A DNA stretch of 58,782 bases from a virus (Duplodnaviria > Caudoviricetes): the IMG/VR virus record IMGVR_UViG_3300023181_000033, positions 1 through 58,782 of that record. One strand, written 5' to 3'. Each line of letters starts with the position of its first letter. Positions within the stretch are counted from its first letter, which is position 1. Positions 35,703 to 45,619 of the stretch are shown here, piece after piece. A program made the translations under genes and the position numbers. The notes under the pieces are model-generated. The model was not told the DNA's origin. It did not search any database and saw only the letters and a program-made list of their open reading frames with translations.

Positions 35703-36067
35703 TTAGTAATCCACTAGAATTAAGGTTAGATAACCTTGTTTTAGACAGGTATAGCCAATTGAACAGGTTTAGTATATCAGATTTCAATAACTTCAGGCAA
35801 CCTAATATGGGAGGAAACTACGGATTTAGTGCAATACCTTTAACAGAAGATTGGTTATTGAAGTTCAGGTTTGAAACTGATCACGTAACTTTTGATAAAG
35901 GTGATTTCAGAATAGGTCAATTTGTAGGAGAGAATAATTTTATATGGCTTCCAACAGGTAGCCTGAACAGCTCACATCATGGTGTTAAATTAGTTTACGT
36001 CCATCAATTGCAAAACTTGTACTTTGCTATTATATGCCAAGAGCTAACTATCAACACAGGGGAGTAA
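35696..36067 (+). CDS. Conserved phage hypothetical (PLTE.WLL / YVHQLQNL family)
   Basis: Paralogue of 28040-28492. Confidence 0.75.
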   Translation: MLISNPLELRLDNLVLDRYSQLNRFSISDFNNFRQPNMGGNYGFSAIPLTEDWLLKFRFETDHVTFDKGDFRIGQFVGENNFIWLPTGSLNSSHHGVKLVYVHQLQNLYFAIICQELTINTGE

Positions 36068-36069
36068 AT

Positions 36070-36423
36070 ATGAAACCAGACAGACAATTAGTTCATAAAA
36101 AATGTAACGGTAGATGCGCATATTGCGGGATTGAAATAGCGATTAGGGACATGCAGGTAGATCATGTGATACCACAGTGGCGCGCTCGTATATATTCCCC
36201 TTACGAAACTGTTCATTGCCACGAAAACCATATGCCTTCTTGCAGGTCTTGCAATAACTACAAGTCCGGTAATACTATAGAGGTATTCAGGGAGGCCGTA
36301 GCAGATCAGATAAAGGTATTGCGAAGGGATAGGCCGACATTCAGATTAGCTGAACGGTTTGGCTTAATCGAATGCAAACCTAAGAAGATAGTATTTTATT
36401 TTGAAACGTTGCAAGGGGGGTAA
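36070..36423 (+). CDS. HNH endonuclease
   Basis: GRCAYCG...MQVDHVIP...N.MPSCRSCNNYK. Confidence 0.88.
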   Translation: MKPDRQLVHKKCNGRCAYCGIEIAIRDMQVDHVIPQWRARIYSPYETVHCHENHMPSCRSCNNYKSGNTIEVFREAVADQIKVLRRDRPTFRLAERFGLIECKPKKIVFYFETLQGG

Positions 36424-36474
36424 TTTCCCCTTTTATATTTTGGAAATGTGAATTACATTTTGTAAATTTGAAAT

Positions 36475-36633
36475 ATGGAAAAAGAAATACTAATAAATCC
36501 GCAAAAGACTTTTACAAAAACCGAGTATCACAAGGTATTTGGTGTCAACCGGGTTAAAATCGATCAACTTATCAAGGATAAGGAATTGAAAACAATCAAC
36601 GTTAAAGGGACTACTTTAATAATCGTTAAATAA
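36475..36633 (+). CDS. Unannotated 52-aa excisionase-like winged HTH protein
   Basis: MEKEILINPQKTFTKTEYHKVFGVNRVKIDQLIKDKELKTINVKGTTLIIVK; TAAATTTG 4 nt upstream. Confidence 0.6.
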   Translation: MEKEILINPQKTFTKTEYHKVFGVNRVKIDQLIKDKELKTINVKGTTLIIVK

Positions 36634-36667
36634 TTTTTAGGCTATAAAATTTTACATTTAGTAAGAG

Positions 36668-37828
36668 ATGAACAAGTTAGATATAGAGTATGCAAAACCA
36701 ATGAGTAAGGAAGAGGTAGCTTCATTCTTACACTCATTAAAAACAAAACAAAACAAATTAATAGCTTCATCAAACGATGTTATCAATAAGCATTCAGATA
36801 AACTTATACAGTCGTATTTTTACTTTGAAAAATCATTGATTGAGGAGAATAGATTAAATGCAGATAAACACTCAATTGAAATCAACGCCTACAACAAAGA
36901 TAAATGTATTTGTGGGTCAGATCTTGTTTTAGTTGCTAGTGGGTCATTTTATGGGTGCATAAATTATAAGAATGATGGTAGCCATAAAAATTTCATGAAT
37001 CATAAGCGCAATAGTTGGGGTGCACCAAAGTTGTATCGGACTACCAGGGCTAAAAGCTATTTGTCAGACATTATTCAATCGCTTAATTTAAAAGGTCAGA
37101 TAAATGCGAAGGCATTAGCATCATTCTACTCAGATAACGATCTGCCTGATTTATATGAGCGGTTTAATGGTAAATCATCTGCCAGCCTTATAAACAGGTT
37201 TTCTGAAGTTAAAAAAGTAGCTAATGATTTTGAAAAAGAAATACATGTCCGATTAAAACCGCTTTATACTACTGTACTATCGCAATTATACATAAAGTAT
37301 AAATTAAAGGGAGGCAGGGAGAGGGTATGTATACCGGATTTTGTTTGCTCAAACGAAAGAGAAATTGTTATAATTGAGTGTAAAACAAACTCGATGTCTG
37401 TAGATGATCTTCAAAACGCATTGTATTTTTGCCTTTTTGAATTTATGAATAATGGGTCAAGGGAGCTAAGTATTTACAATCTTATTCAAGACGAACCTAA
37501 GACTTTTCAATACATAAAGCAAAGAGAGCAATGGATATATTACGGTAAATTTTTCGGATATCCATCTTGCTGTGTCGATCATTTTCTAAATAGAAAACGG
37601 TATACAGGAGGTAAAAGAATAAATTATCATACAGGATTTACTCCTTGTGTATCTTGTTCTACTAAAATCAAAAAACCTAGAGATTTGGAAAAATTGATAG
37701 AAAACAGAATATGTAAAACCCCTTTCCCCGATAATAGTAACGGAGAAGGAGAATCTTATATCGACTTACATAAACAGCATTGCCCAGGGTATTATGCAAA
37801 TGAATATAGGGAGGAAGATTATGTCTAA
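36668..37828 (+). CDS. Multidomain protein: Zn finger, PD-(D/E)XK nuclease and Cys-rich C-terminal domain
   Basis: CICG...FYGCINY; IPDF...IIECKT; GKFFGYPSCC...GFTPCVSC. Confidence 0.6.
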   Translation: MNKLDIEYAKPMSKEEVASFLHSLKTKQNKLIASSNDVINKHSDKLIQSYFYFEKSLIEENRLNADKHSIEINAYNKDKCICGSDLVLVASGSFYGCINYKNDGSHKNFMNHKRNSWGAPKLYRTTRAKSYLSDIIQSLNLKGQINAKALASFYSDNDLPDLYERFNGKSSASLINRFSEVKKVANDFEKEIHVRLKPLYTTVLSQLYIKYKLKGGRERVCIPDFVCSNEREIVIIECKTNSMSVDDLQNALYFCLFEFMNNGSRELSIYNLIQDEPKTFQYIKQREQWIYYGKFFGYPSCCVDHFLNRKRYTGGKRINYHTGFTPCVSCSTKIKKPRDLEKLIENRICKTPFPDNSNGEGESYIDLHKQHCPGYYANEYREEDYV

Positions 37829-38585
37829 AGAATTGCCGTATTTTAAGTTTTATATAGCCGACTGGATTAGCGGAGATATAACGTTAGAAGATTACTCTAT
37901 TCAAGGTTTGTTCGTTAACATATGCGCATATTACTGGTCAAAAGACTGCGACTTGTCAATAATTAATCTCAGAAAAAAGTTCAGAGGGTTTGATGATGAA
38001 ATTGACGCTTTATTTGAGTCTAATATTATCAAAAAATCAGATGGAAATGTGCATATATCCTTCTTAAACGAACAATTAGAGAGTAAAGAGGTGCAGAAAA
38101 TAACTAATAAAATTAACGGTCAAAAGGGAGGTCGTCCTAAAGTGTTAAAAACCGAAACAAAACCGAATGGGTTAAATTTCGCTAACCGAAACGTAACCGA
38201 AACCATAACCGAAACCGAACCGAACGATAACCCAAACCTAACCAATATAAAGGAAAGGAAAGGAGATATAAAGGTTATAACCCCGGTAGAAAAAACGGGG
38301 TCTATTGATTATGTTAAATTTATTCAATTCTTTAACTCTAAGGCTAACCGTAATTACAGGGTTACAACAAAAGTTAAAACTTCTTTGAATGCGAGGCTTA
38401 AGGAGTATAAGAAAGAGGAAATATTGCAGGCTATCAACAATGCTTACCTAGATCCATATCACATAGAAACCGATTTTAAATATCTGACACCAGAATTTAT
38501 GCTCAGGCCGGATAAAATAGAAAAATTTCTCAATATAGGCACTCAAAAGAAATCAATAGGGTATACACCACAAATGACCAACTAA
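37821..38585 (+). CDS. Replication initiator (YdaU/O-like)
   Basis: LPYFKFY.ADW, NGQKGGRPK, C-terminal YLTPEFMLRPDKIEKFLN; upstream of helicase. Confidence 0.8.
   Translation: MSKELPYFKFYIADWISGDITLEDYSIQGLFVNICAYYWSKDCDLSIINLRKKFRGFDDEIDALFESNIIKKSDGNVHISFLNEQLESKEVQKITNKINGQKGGRPKVLKTETKPNGLNFANRNVTETITETEPNDNPNLTNIKERKGDIKVITPVEKTGSIDYVKFIQFFNSKANRNYRVTTKVKTSLNARLKEYKKEEILQAINNAYLDPYHIETDFKYLTPEFMLRPDKIEKFLNIGTQKKSIGYTPQMTN
38149..38243 (+). repeat. AACCGAA iteron-like repeats (probable replication origin)
   Basis: About 7 AACCGAA copies plus degenerate ones in the initiator linker. Confidence 0.65.
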
Positions 38586-39565
38586 TGATAAAATCAATTC
38601 AATCAATACGGGATTCCGTAATAAAGCTAAGAGAGAAAGGCGTACAGGCTGGAGATACCACAGGGTTTAAATGCTTAGATGAGTTGTACACCATTAAAGC
38701 CGGCACTTACACAATAGTGCTTGGTGCTCCTACACATGGTAAAAGCGAAATAATATTTGAACTTTTAATCAATCAGGCGATAGAACATCACAAGAAATCT
38801 ATTATCCTAAGTCCTGAGACTGGTAATGCAGAAGAAATCACAATGGAGCTTGTTCATAAGTATTTGGGTAAAACGGCCTATAAGTCCAATCCATTCTCTT
38901 GCGATGATAAAGAGTTTTATGAGGCTTTAAATTGGGTAGATTATAATTTTGCCATTGCAGACGATGAAGAAAAAAGCTATTCATTCAAAGAGCTTATAGA
39001 CGAAATCGAAAAGTTTGAAAAAGAAAAGAATTGCGTTTTTGACAATGTTATGGCCGAGCCGTGGAATGAGCTTAATCATAAGCTCGCGCTGAATGATAAT
39101 TCAGGTAGACAGGATTTAGCCATTGAGGAAGAGCTTACATTTCTCAGGAGGTATTGTAAAATCAAGAATAAACATGCTTTCCTCAGCTTCCATCCATCAT
39201 TCCAAACATTGGTAGTTGACAAGAAAGCCGGATTGAGTTATTACGAAATGCCAAAAGCCAGGGAGGCTGCAGGTGGACAAGCTACGCTAAGAAAGGCATT
39301 TAGTTGGATCAATATTTGGAGACCTCCTGTAGGTATGTTAGATATCGATGGCATACCGTACAGCGATAACCAACTTATCATCCAAGTTGAGAAATCTAAA
39401 CCAAAAGGCATAGGTAAAAAAGGATTTTGCGGGTTGTTTTTCGATTGGAAGAAGAATAGGTATTATGAGCGGCTTAATGGGTCTGATAAATTCGCTTTTG
39501 AACATAAAAATAATTTAAACGTGCATAATCCGAATGCAGGCATTTCAAATTCAGAGATATTCTAA
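38585..39565 (+). CDS. DnaB-like (SF4) replicative helicase
   Basis: TTGFKCLDE, GAPTHGKS, SPE, HP, VEKSKPKGIGKKG. Confidence 0.85.
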   Translation: MIKSIQSIRDSVIKLREKGVQAGDTTGFKCLDELYTIKAGTYTIVLGAPTHGKSEIIFELLINQAIEHHKKSIILSPETGNAEEITMELVHKYLGKTAYKSNPFSCDDKEFYEALNWVDYNFAIADDEEKSYSFKELIDEIEKFEKEKNCVFDNVMAEPWNELNHKLALNDNSGRQDLAIEEELTFLRRYCKIKNKHAFLSFHPSFQTLVVDKKAGLSYYEMPKAREAAGGQATLRKAFSWINIWRPPVGMLDIDGIPYSDNQLIIQVEKSKPKGIGKKGFCGLFFDWKKNRYYERLNGSDKFAFEHKNNLNVHNPNAGISNSEIF

Positions 39566-39566
39566 T

Positions 39567-39920
39567 ATGAAAAATTCAATAGATCATTTCAAAAGATTAG
39601 CAGAGATTTACGTAACACAGGATCCAAACTCAAAAGATCATGTAACAAAGATAATGTTAGCCAAAGGTGTCGTTATTGAAATGGAGTCCGACCTTATATT
39701 TTTTGAGAAGTCAAAAGGAGAAACTCAGAAGTCAATTGAACAGAAGGATAGAATAAATATTTTAAGATCGGCTATTAGCACATTTTCAGACGTTTCTAGC
39801 AACAATCTACAGATAGGATATGTACTTTATACCTATCAAAAAGAAAATGAATTACAGAGCCTTAAAATAGGTCAGTTGGAAGATGAAATAAAAAAGTTAA
39901 GGGAGCAATTAGAATTTTAA
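39567..39920 (+). CDS. Hypothetical coiled-coil protein
   Basis: ORF after helicase. Confidence 0.6.
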   Translation: MKNSIDHFKRLAEIYVTQDPNSKDHVTKIMLAKGVVIEMESDLIFFEKSKGETQKSIEQKDRINILRSAISTFSDVSSNNLQIGYVLYTYQKENELQSLKIGQLEDEIKKLREQLEF

Positions 39921-39923
39921 ACG

Positions 39924-40160
39924 ATGAACCAGAAAGAAAAATCATTCAAAGTGTTCGATGAGCTTAAATTAGGTCAGGTAGTAGTTATTGAGACTTATGC
40001 TACCAGGGATCCGGAATCATTTATCCAGTATGCAAAGGATTATATAGATGAAGGTAGTGGGTTGATATTCAGCGACGATTATTCGTCAATACGTAAATGC
40101 GAGTCAGCAGAAGAAGTGAAAAATATTATTCAACAAATAGAAAATAAAAGCAATGAGTGA
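39924..40160 (+). CDS. Hypothetical protein
   Basis: ORF. Confidence 0.6.
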   Translation: MNQKEKSFKVFDELKLGQVVVIETYATRDPESFIQYAKDYIDEGSGLIFSDDYSSIRKCESAEEVKNIIQQIENKSNE

Positions 40161-40491
40161 ACTAAAATTTGAAATACCTAAGCGAATGAAATACCGTAAC
40201 ATCAAGACTGTTATCGATGGGATTACTTTTGATAGCAAAAAAGAGGCTGCATATTACGGCACATTGGTGCTCCTTAAGAAGTCAGGAGAGGTTATTGATT
40301 TTGAGTTGCAACCTAAATACTACTTAGCTATTAATGGTGTTAAGTGTGGATTTTACAAGGCAGATTTTAAAGTAACATGGAAGTCAGGTGTAGTAAGGGT
40401 AGTTGACGTAAAAGGTATGAAAACGCCTATATACAACCTAAAAAAGAAACTTGTTAAAGCTATACATGGCATAGATATAATTGAAGTATAG
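40153..40491 (+). CDS. DUF1064 family endonuclease
   Basis: KYRN.KT.IDGITFDSKKEA, LQPKY, YKADF, VDVKG.KT. Confidence 0.9.
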   Translation: MSELKFEIPKRMKYRNIKTVIDGITFDSKKEAAYYGTLVLLKKSGEVIDFELQPKYYLAINGVKCGFYKADFKVTWKSGVVRVVDVKGMKTPIYNLKKKLVKAIHGIDIIEV

Positions 40492-40537
40492 CGTTAATGT
40501 TACAAATACGTATTATATTTCATTTTATATTTGAGGC

Positions 40538-40795
40538 ATGAAAAGAATTATAATATTATTGCTACTGACCATCAGTATGATGTCATGCAAGAAAGACGAG
40601 ATAAAGCCAGATGGTTATTATCCTAAAGTTGGTGATACGTATCAATCGGTCGTTGATAATTGGGGTAAGACTAAGAACATAATGTATTTAAACCCCTCAT
40701 TTAACGATAGTGCAGATTACTATTACAAGGATCATAAAACCACAATCAGGGTTGTGACGGATAGAGTGGTTATGGTTACTCTTGACGGTAAATAA
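40538..40795 (+). CDS. Small lipoprotein moron
   Basis: MKRIIILLLLTISMMS-CKKD lipobox; own TATATTTG at 40526. Confidence 0.75.
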   Translation: MKRIIILLLLTISMMSCKKDEIKPDGYYPKVGDTYQSVVDNWGKTKNIMYLNPSFNDSADYYYKDHKTTIRVVTDRVVMVTLDGK

Positions 40796-40871
40796 CTTCG
40801 CAACATCTCTGTTACAAACTTGCCGATGACAGGTAAGAGTGGTAAGTTTGGGAATGGAAATAAAGAATAAT

Positions 40872-41141
40872 ATGAAACTAAAAGAATTAAAAAAGATCCT
40901 GGATAAACTTACACCAGAGCAATTAAATCAAGAGCTGATGTATAACAGCGAACAGTACAGCGTATCGGGAATAGCTAAGTTAACAAGAGCAAAGGCTTCC
41001 CTGTACAATAATCACGAGGATGATCCTTGTTTACTAAAGACCATGAAGGAGTTGAAAGAATACTACATGGGGGATAAAGACGAAATTGAGGCTTGTGATC
41101 TTGAAATAAAAAAAGGTGAATTTTTTATAGAATTTAATTAA
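40872..41141 (+). CDS. Hypothetical protein
   Basis: MKLKELKKILDKLTPEQL. Confidence 0.6.
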   Translation: MKLKELKKILDKLTPEQLNQELMYNSEQYSVSGIAKLTRAKASLYNNHEDDPCLLKTMKELKEYYMGDKDEIEACDLEIKKGEFFIEFN

Positions 41142-41322
41142 AATCATATGTAAGATAAAAAACAAAATAAAAACATATTAGATATATGTGAATTTTACGG
41201 TCATAAATTTATGCCTAGGATGTCTTTTGATAATATTATTGATTATTATGAATGTTCAACTTGCTGGGTTTTAGAATCAACGATTTCAGTACATTATAAA
41301 GATAAAAATAACATATAGTAAA

Positions 41323-41709
41323 ATGGATAACATCAAAGAAATAACCACTTCAAAATTCACCGGGCTTGCAGTGCTTGTGCCGGGCAACTCGTTTAACTAC
41401 GTTGTTAGAGAAAATGAAGAACAATCTGATTTATGGTATGAAAGTCATTACGGTGACGATGATATTTCTAATTGGATAGAACTACCGTTGGCAAAACACC
41501 AATTCATCGCGCGATGGCCGGAAATAACAGAGTCACAAGCAGCGGAGATTGTTGATGAAGCAGGGTTTTTCGATTTTGGACATGGTAAATACAAATCTTA
41601 TTCAGAAAAAGATAAGAGCGTGATGTTTACCACCGAATCCTTCGCCTCCCTCATGCAGTCTATCGGATGTGAACAGGGGAAACAATATGTAATACTTAAA
41701 AAATTGTAG
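41323..41709 (+). CDS. Hypothetical protein
   Basis: ORF. Confidence 0.6.
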   Translation: MDNIKEITTSKFTGLAVLVPGNSFNYVVRENEEQSDLWYESHYGDDDISNWIELPLAKHQFIARWPEITESQAAEIVDEAGFFDFGHGKYKSYSEKDKSVMFTTESFASLMQSIGCEQGKQYVILKKL

Positions 41710-41711
41710 AT

Positions 41712-41909
41712 ATGGAAGTAAAAATCAAACGAGTTAAATTTAACACAGGAGCGCCTGATTTTATATACGATGTAGAATCATGGTATAGTAACGGAGGCTG
41801 GAAAGGGTTCTTAAAAGATAACGGAATCAGTATAAGGGATATTGATCATGTTGAAAATAGCGAAATGCCTGAAAGAGAATTTCACACATTACCAGCATGG
41901 GAGGGCTAA
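41712..41909 (+). CDS. Hypothetical protein
   Basis: ORF ending LPAWEG. Confidence 0.6.
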   Translation: MEVKIKRVKFNTGAPDFIYDVESWYSNGGWKGFLKDNGISIRDIDHVENSEMPEREFHTLPAWEG

Positions 41910-41923
41910 AAATGAACAAAAAA

Positions 41924-42022
41924 AAAATAAAGCAGGCAGCAAAAGAGTTTTGCGAGGCTGAGGGAGTATCTTTCTTCCAACATGTAGAAGCTAATGAAGG
42001 AAGAACTTATTATAAGCAGGGC
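41924..42022 (+). repeat. Exact 99-bp direct repeat, copy 2
   Basis: Identical to 1-99. Confidence 0.97.
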
Positions 42023-42200
42023 TAAACAACCAACCATGACCCGCAGACATTCAAAACTAAAACCGCATTTGGCCAGTCAGTATAAGTACCAACGTGAAGC
42101 AATAGAGCTTTGTTGGGTATCAGCTTGGTTTACTTGGTATACAAATTGCCAGGATACGGTAGGCGGCACAATATTTAGTGATAGGTTTAAAAAATAGTCG

Positions 42201-42417
42201 TATGTTAGATATAACTCAAACAGGCACATCATCATCAGGCAAGACAAATGTTTACACTGTAAATTCAGGCGAATTAAAATTAGGTACGATATCATTCTTT
42301 GGCAGATGGAGGAAGTATTGTTTCTATCCTAATGAAGGCATGCTGTTCGATCACTTATGCTTAACCGAAATAGCGGACTTCTGTAAAAAGCAAACTAATA
42401 TTGTATTCAAGCGTTAA
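42201..42417 (+). CDS. Conserved phage hypothetical protein (start approximate)
   Basis: LGTI.F.GRWRKYCFYP...FD..CL.EI..F. Confidence 0.65.
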
Positions 42418-42435
42418 TGTCGTATATTTGATATT

Positions 42436-42867
42436 ATGGATTTAGGACGACCAACAAAATACAGCGATAAATATCCTAAGCAGGCTTATAAGTTATGTTT
42501 GTTAGGTGCTACAGACCAGGAATTAGCTGATTTTTTCGAAATAAACGTTGATACAGTTCAAGAATGGAAGAAAGTTCACGAAGAATTTTCCGATTCCATA
42601 AAAAGGGGTAAGAAACAAGCAGACAGCGAAGTAGCGCATAAGCTTTTTAAAAGAGCTACCGGCTATGAACATCCAGAAGTCGATATTAAAATGTATGAGG
42701 GTCAAATCATAAAAACTGACCTTATAAAACATTACGCGCCTGACACAACTGCAGCTATATTTTGGCTTAAAAACAGGCAATCTAAACAGTGGAGAGATAA
42801 ACAGGAAATTGACCACTCATCTACTGACGGCACCATGTCACCTAAAACGACTATCAAATTCGAGTAA
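42436..42867 (+). CDS. terS: Terminase small subunit (unit B, different family)
   Basis: GRPTKY...LCLLGATD.ELADFF; PDTTAAIFWLKNRQ...WRDK. Confidence 0.9.
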   Translation: MDLGRPTKYSDKYPKQAYKLCLLGATDQELADFFEINVDTVQEWKKVHEEFSDSIKRGKKQADSEVAHKLFKRATGYEHPEVDIKMYEGQIIKTDLIKHYAPDTTAAIFWLKNRQSKQWRDKQEIDHSSTDGTMSPKTTIKFE

Positions 42868-44193
42868 ATGGACGAACTGATATTATCCAAGAAATACGCG
42901 CCACTTTTTAAGTGGCTTTCTTGTTTAGATACCGATGAGTTAGCTAAGGTCGATACTGTTGTTTGTACTGGGGGCAGGTATAGCCAGAAGTCATTCGCAG
43001 TAGGCACATGGTCGTGCATAGCGGCTAAAGACTTTGTGCATAGGATATTATACACCCGTTACACACTGGTTTCCGCTTCTGATTCAATCATTCCTGAGTT
43101 TTCAGAAAAAATAGATATTCTTGGTGTTCATGAAGATTTTACGGTTACTCGGGATCGTATTGTAGGTAATTTTAATGCCAGTAAGATTGTGTTTAAAGGT
43201 ATCAAAACCGGATCGGGTAATCAAACTGCTAACCTGAAATCATTAAAAGGGTTCTCAGTATTCATAGTTGAAGAAGCTGAAGAATTGCCTTCATTTGATC
43301 AATGGGATAAGATTAAAAAGTCAATTAGGGCGTTAGATGTGCGTAATCTATCCATACTCATACTTAACCCTGCCGTAAAAACCCACTGGATATATGAAGA
43401 ATTGTTTGAGGATAGGGGTGTGCAAGAAGGTTTTAATGGGATTAAAGATAATGTTTTATACATACATACAGATTACAGGGATTTAAAGCGCGAATTTATA
43501 CCCGATTCTATTTACCTTGACTTTGAAGACAAACGCATAGCCTATGAGCTGTATATGGCTACTGATAAGGATAAACGCGAATATCTGGACAAGAAGATCA
43601 TTAAAAAGGCTAATTACTATATTCACGTAATTGCAGGCGGATGGCTAGAAAATGCTGAAGGGGTAGTATTTGACAATTGGTCTATTGGCGCGTTTGATGA
43701 CAGTTTACCTTATGCATTTGGCCAAGACTACGGCTACTCGGCTGATCCTACGACACTTGTTAAGGTCGCTGTTAGCATTAAGCACAAGAAAATATACGTT
43801 AAGGGCTGCTTTGGTAAAGCCGGCATGTCTACCAATGATATTTATTTGGCCAACCTATTCCATTGCGGGTTAAACAGCGAGATCATAGGCGATAGTGCAG
43901 AGCCAAGGTTGATATCTGAGTTAAGCAAGCGTGAACTTAAAATAAAGGGCGCAATTAAAGGCCCAGGGTCCGTAACTGCCTCGATAAAAGACATGCAAGG
44001 CTACGAGATAATAGTAGACCCGGGTAATGAAAGCATCCCGATAATCAAAGAGCTGAACAATTACGTGTGGTCAGACAAGAAAGCGGGTGTGCCTGTAGAT
44101 TTGTGGAATCACTATATAGATCCAATCAGATATGTAGCATGGCCAATAATTAAAGCTCCCAAAAAAGAAAGAACAGTAATGCAATCAAGCTAA
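42868..44193 (+). CDS. terL: Terminase large subunit (unit B; PBSX/SPP1-like)
   Basis: GGRYSQKS, LKSLKG, VEEAEE, LNP, DYGYS.DP, DSAEP, NHYIDPIRY. Confidence 0.93.
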   Translation: MDELILSKKYAPLFKWLSCLDTDELAKVDTVVCTGGRYSQKSFAVGTWSCIAAKDFVHRILYTRYTLVSASDSIIPEFSEKIDILGVHEDFTVTRDRIVGNFNASKIVFKGIKTGSGNQTANLKSLKGFSVFIVEEAEELPSFDQWDKIKKSIRALDVRNLSILILNPAVKTHWIYEELFEDRGVQEGFNGIKDNVLYIHTDYRDLKREFIPDSIYLDFEDKRIAYELYMATDKDKREYLDKKIIKKANYYIHVIAGGWLENAEGVVFDNWSIGAFDDSLPYAFGQDYGYSADPTTLVKVAVSIKHKKIYVKGCFGKAGMSTNDIYLANLFHCGLNSEIIGDSAEPRLISELSKRELKIKGAIKGPGSVTASIKDMQGYEIIVDPGNESIPIIKELNNYVWSDKKAGVPVDLWNHYIDPIRYVAWPIIKAPKKERTVMQSS

Positions 44194-44237
44194 ATTCATA
44201 TATTGCAAATACATAGCGATAATGTTACATTTGTAGT

Positions 44238-45617
44238 ATGCAGATAAAGGAAGGGCTGAAAGTAATGTTCGGCAAATCAGTTGATACCATTAGTAAGGCC
44301 TATCCCAATTTAGGCGCGGCACTACCGTTAGTATTTGGCAACACGTTCAGATGGTCACTCAATGGCATGTCGGCCTATAACAATAAGATATTCTACTCAG
44401 CACAAAACATTCTTGTTAATAAGCTAACTGAAGCACCTATTATGTTTTCTAAACGTAAAAAAGGTGGTGAACAGAAGCTAAGAAAGTATTATTCTAAGGC
44501 GATATCTAACGAAGACAGGCAAAGAATAAAGGCTCAATCATTAGATGAGCAAGAAAATCACCCCTTAAATGCGTTATTTGATTCTCCAAATGAGTACCAG
44601 TCAGGTATTGAAATGATGGAAGATTTCTGGTTCAACTATGGTTATGGAGATGGATTTCTGTATTTCGAGTCGTTAGGCGATGAATCTTCCAGGAATAAGC
44701 AGCCTATTGCCGTACATTCATTAAGGCGCGACAGGTTAGAAGTTGTTCAGTCTAATCTAGCCTTTGATGGCATTGCTAAATATATCTATTCAGGGCTTAA
44801 CGGCACTCAGATAGAAATACCAAAAGACCGAGTATTACACCTAAAGCACTGGAATCCTAATATAGGCGAATTAAAAGGCCTAGGGGTTGATCAAATTGCT
44901 TCTATGGATATTTCACTGAACAATGCTAATAACGCCATGCAAGGGGCTGCATTTAAGAACGGAGGGCGGGGCACGATGTTCAGTTCTGACATACTTGTTG
45001 GTACTGATGGTGAAGTGACAGAGAAGATGACGGCAACACAAATGGATGCGTTAAAATCAACCATTAAATCTGACTACGCTGGTATAGAGAATTATAAAAA
45101 ACTACATTTCACTAACGGCTACGTTAAAGCCGAGACATTTGGCGACACGATGGTGGAAACCGATGCTATAAATGCCGAAGATTCACATTGGAAGAATATA
45201 TATACTATTTGCGGCGTACCATTCGTTTTATCCCCTGCCGCATCATCTGTAAGTGAAAATTCAATCATTGCCGGGTACAAGTCGCTAGTGACAAATACCA
45301 TAGTTTCTATCCTTCGCAAATTTGATCAGAAGTTAACTCAAAGGGTATTTCAATGGTGGCCTGATATTATTGCTTGTCACGATTTAACGGAGTTTACAGA
45401 ACTTGCACCGGATTTAAAACTGATGCGTGAAATATACGGACAGCCTACGTTAGATGAAGATGAGCGCAGGGCAATATTCGGGTTTGATGAAATGCGTGAC
45501 GGATTAGGTAAGAATTATTTGATAGCTTCAGGTTTAATGAAATTCGAAGATTTGATCAATGACGAATTTGCCGACACGCCCAATGCTAACGATCCCGACG
45601 CACCTCAAAAACTGTAG
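44238..45617 (+). CDS. Portal protein (unit B)
   Basis: Homologue of 3082-4446 (HWNPNIGELKG, ELAPDLKLM). Confidence 0.9.
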   Translation: MQIKEGLKVMFGKSVDTISKAYPNLGAALPLVFGNTFRWSLNGMSAYNNKIFYSAQNILVNKLTEAPIMFSKRKKGGEQKLRKYYSKAISNEDRQRIKAQSLDEQENHPLNALFDSPNEYQSGIEMMEDFWFNYGYGDGFLYFESLGDESSRNKQPIAVHSLRRDRLEVVQSNLAFDGIAKYIYSGLNGTQIEIPKDRVLHLKHWNPNIGELKGLGVDQIASMDISLNNANNAMQGAAFKNGGRGTMFSSDILVGTDGEVTEKMTATQMDALKSTIKSDYAGIENYKKLHFTNGYVKAETFGDTMVETDAINAEDSHWKNIYTICGVPFVLSPAASSVSENSIIAGYKSLVTNTIVSILRKFDQKLTQRVFQWWPDIIACHDLTEFTELAPDLKLMREIYGQPTLDEDERRAIFGFDEMRDGLGKNYLIASGLMKFEDLINDEFADTPNANDPDAPQKL

Positions 45618-45619
45618 AT

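Larger units (their letters stand above)
1..42022. mobile_element. Phage unit A: apparently complete ~41.9 kb siphovirus-like genome with 99-nt terminal overlap
   Basis: Packaging, head, tail, lysis and replication genes all present; 1-99 identical to 41924-42022; circularising restores an ORF across the join. Confidence 0.85.

Noticed and set aside
41994-42197. 67-aa ORF spanning the junction
   Set aside because: Its first codons come from the repeat in another frame; the likely gene starts at the downstream ATG near 42036 (MTRRHSK).
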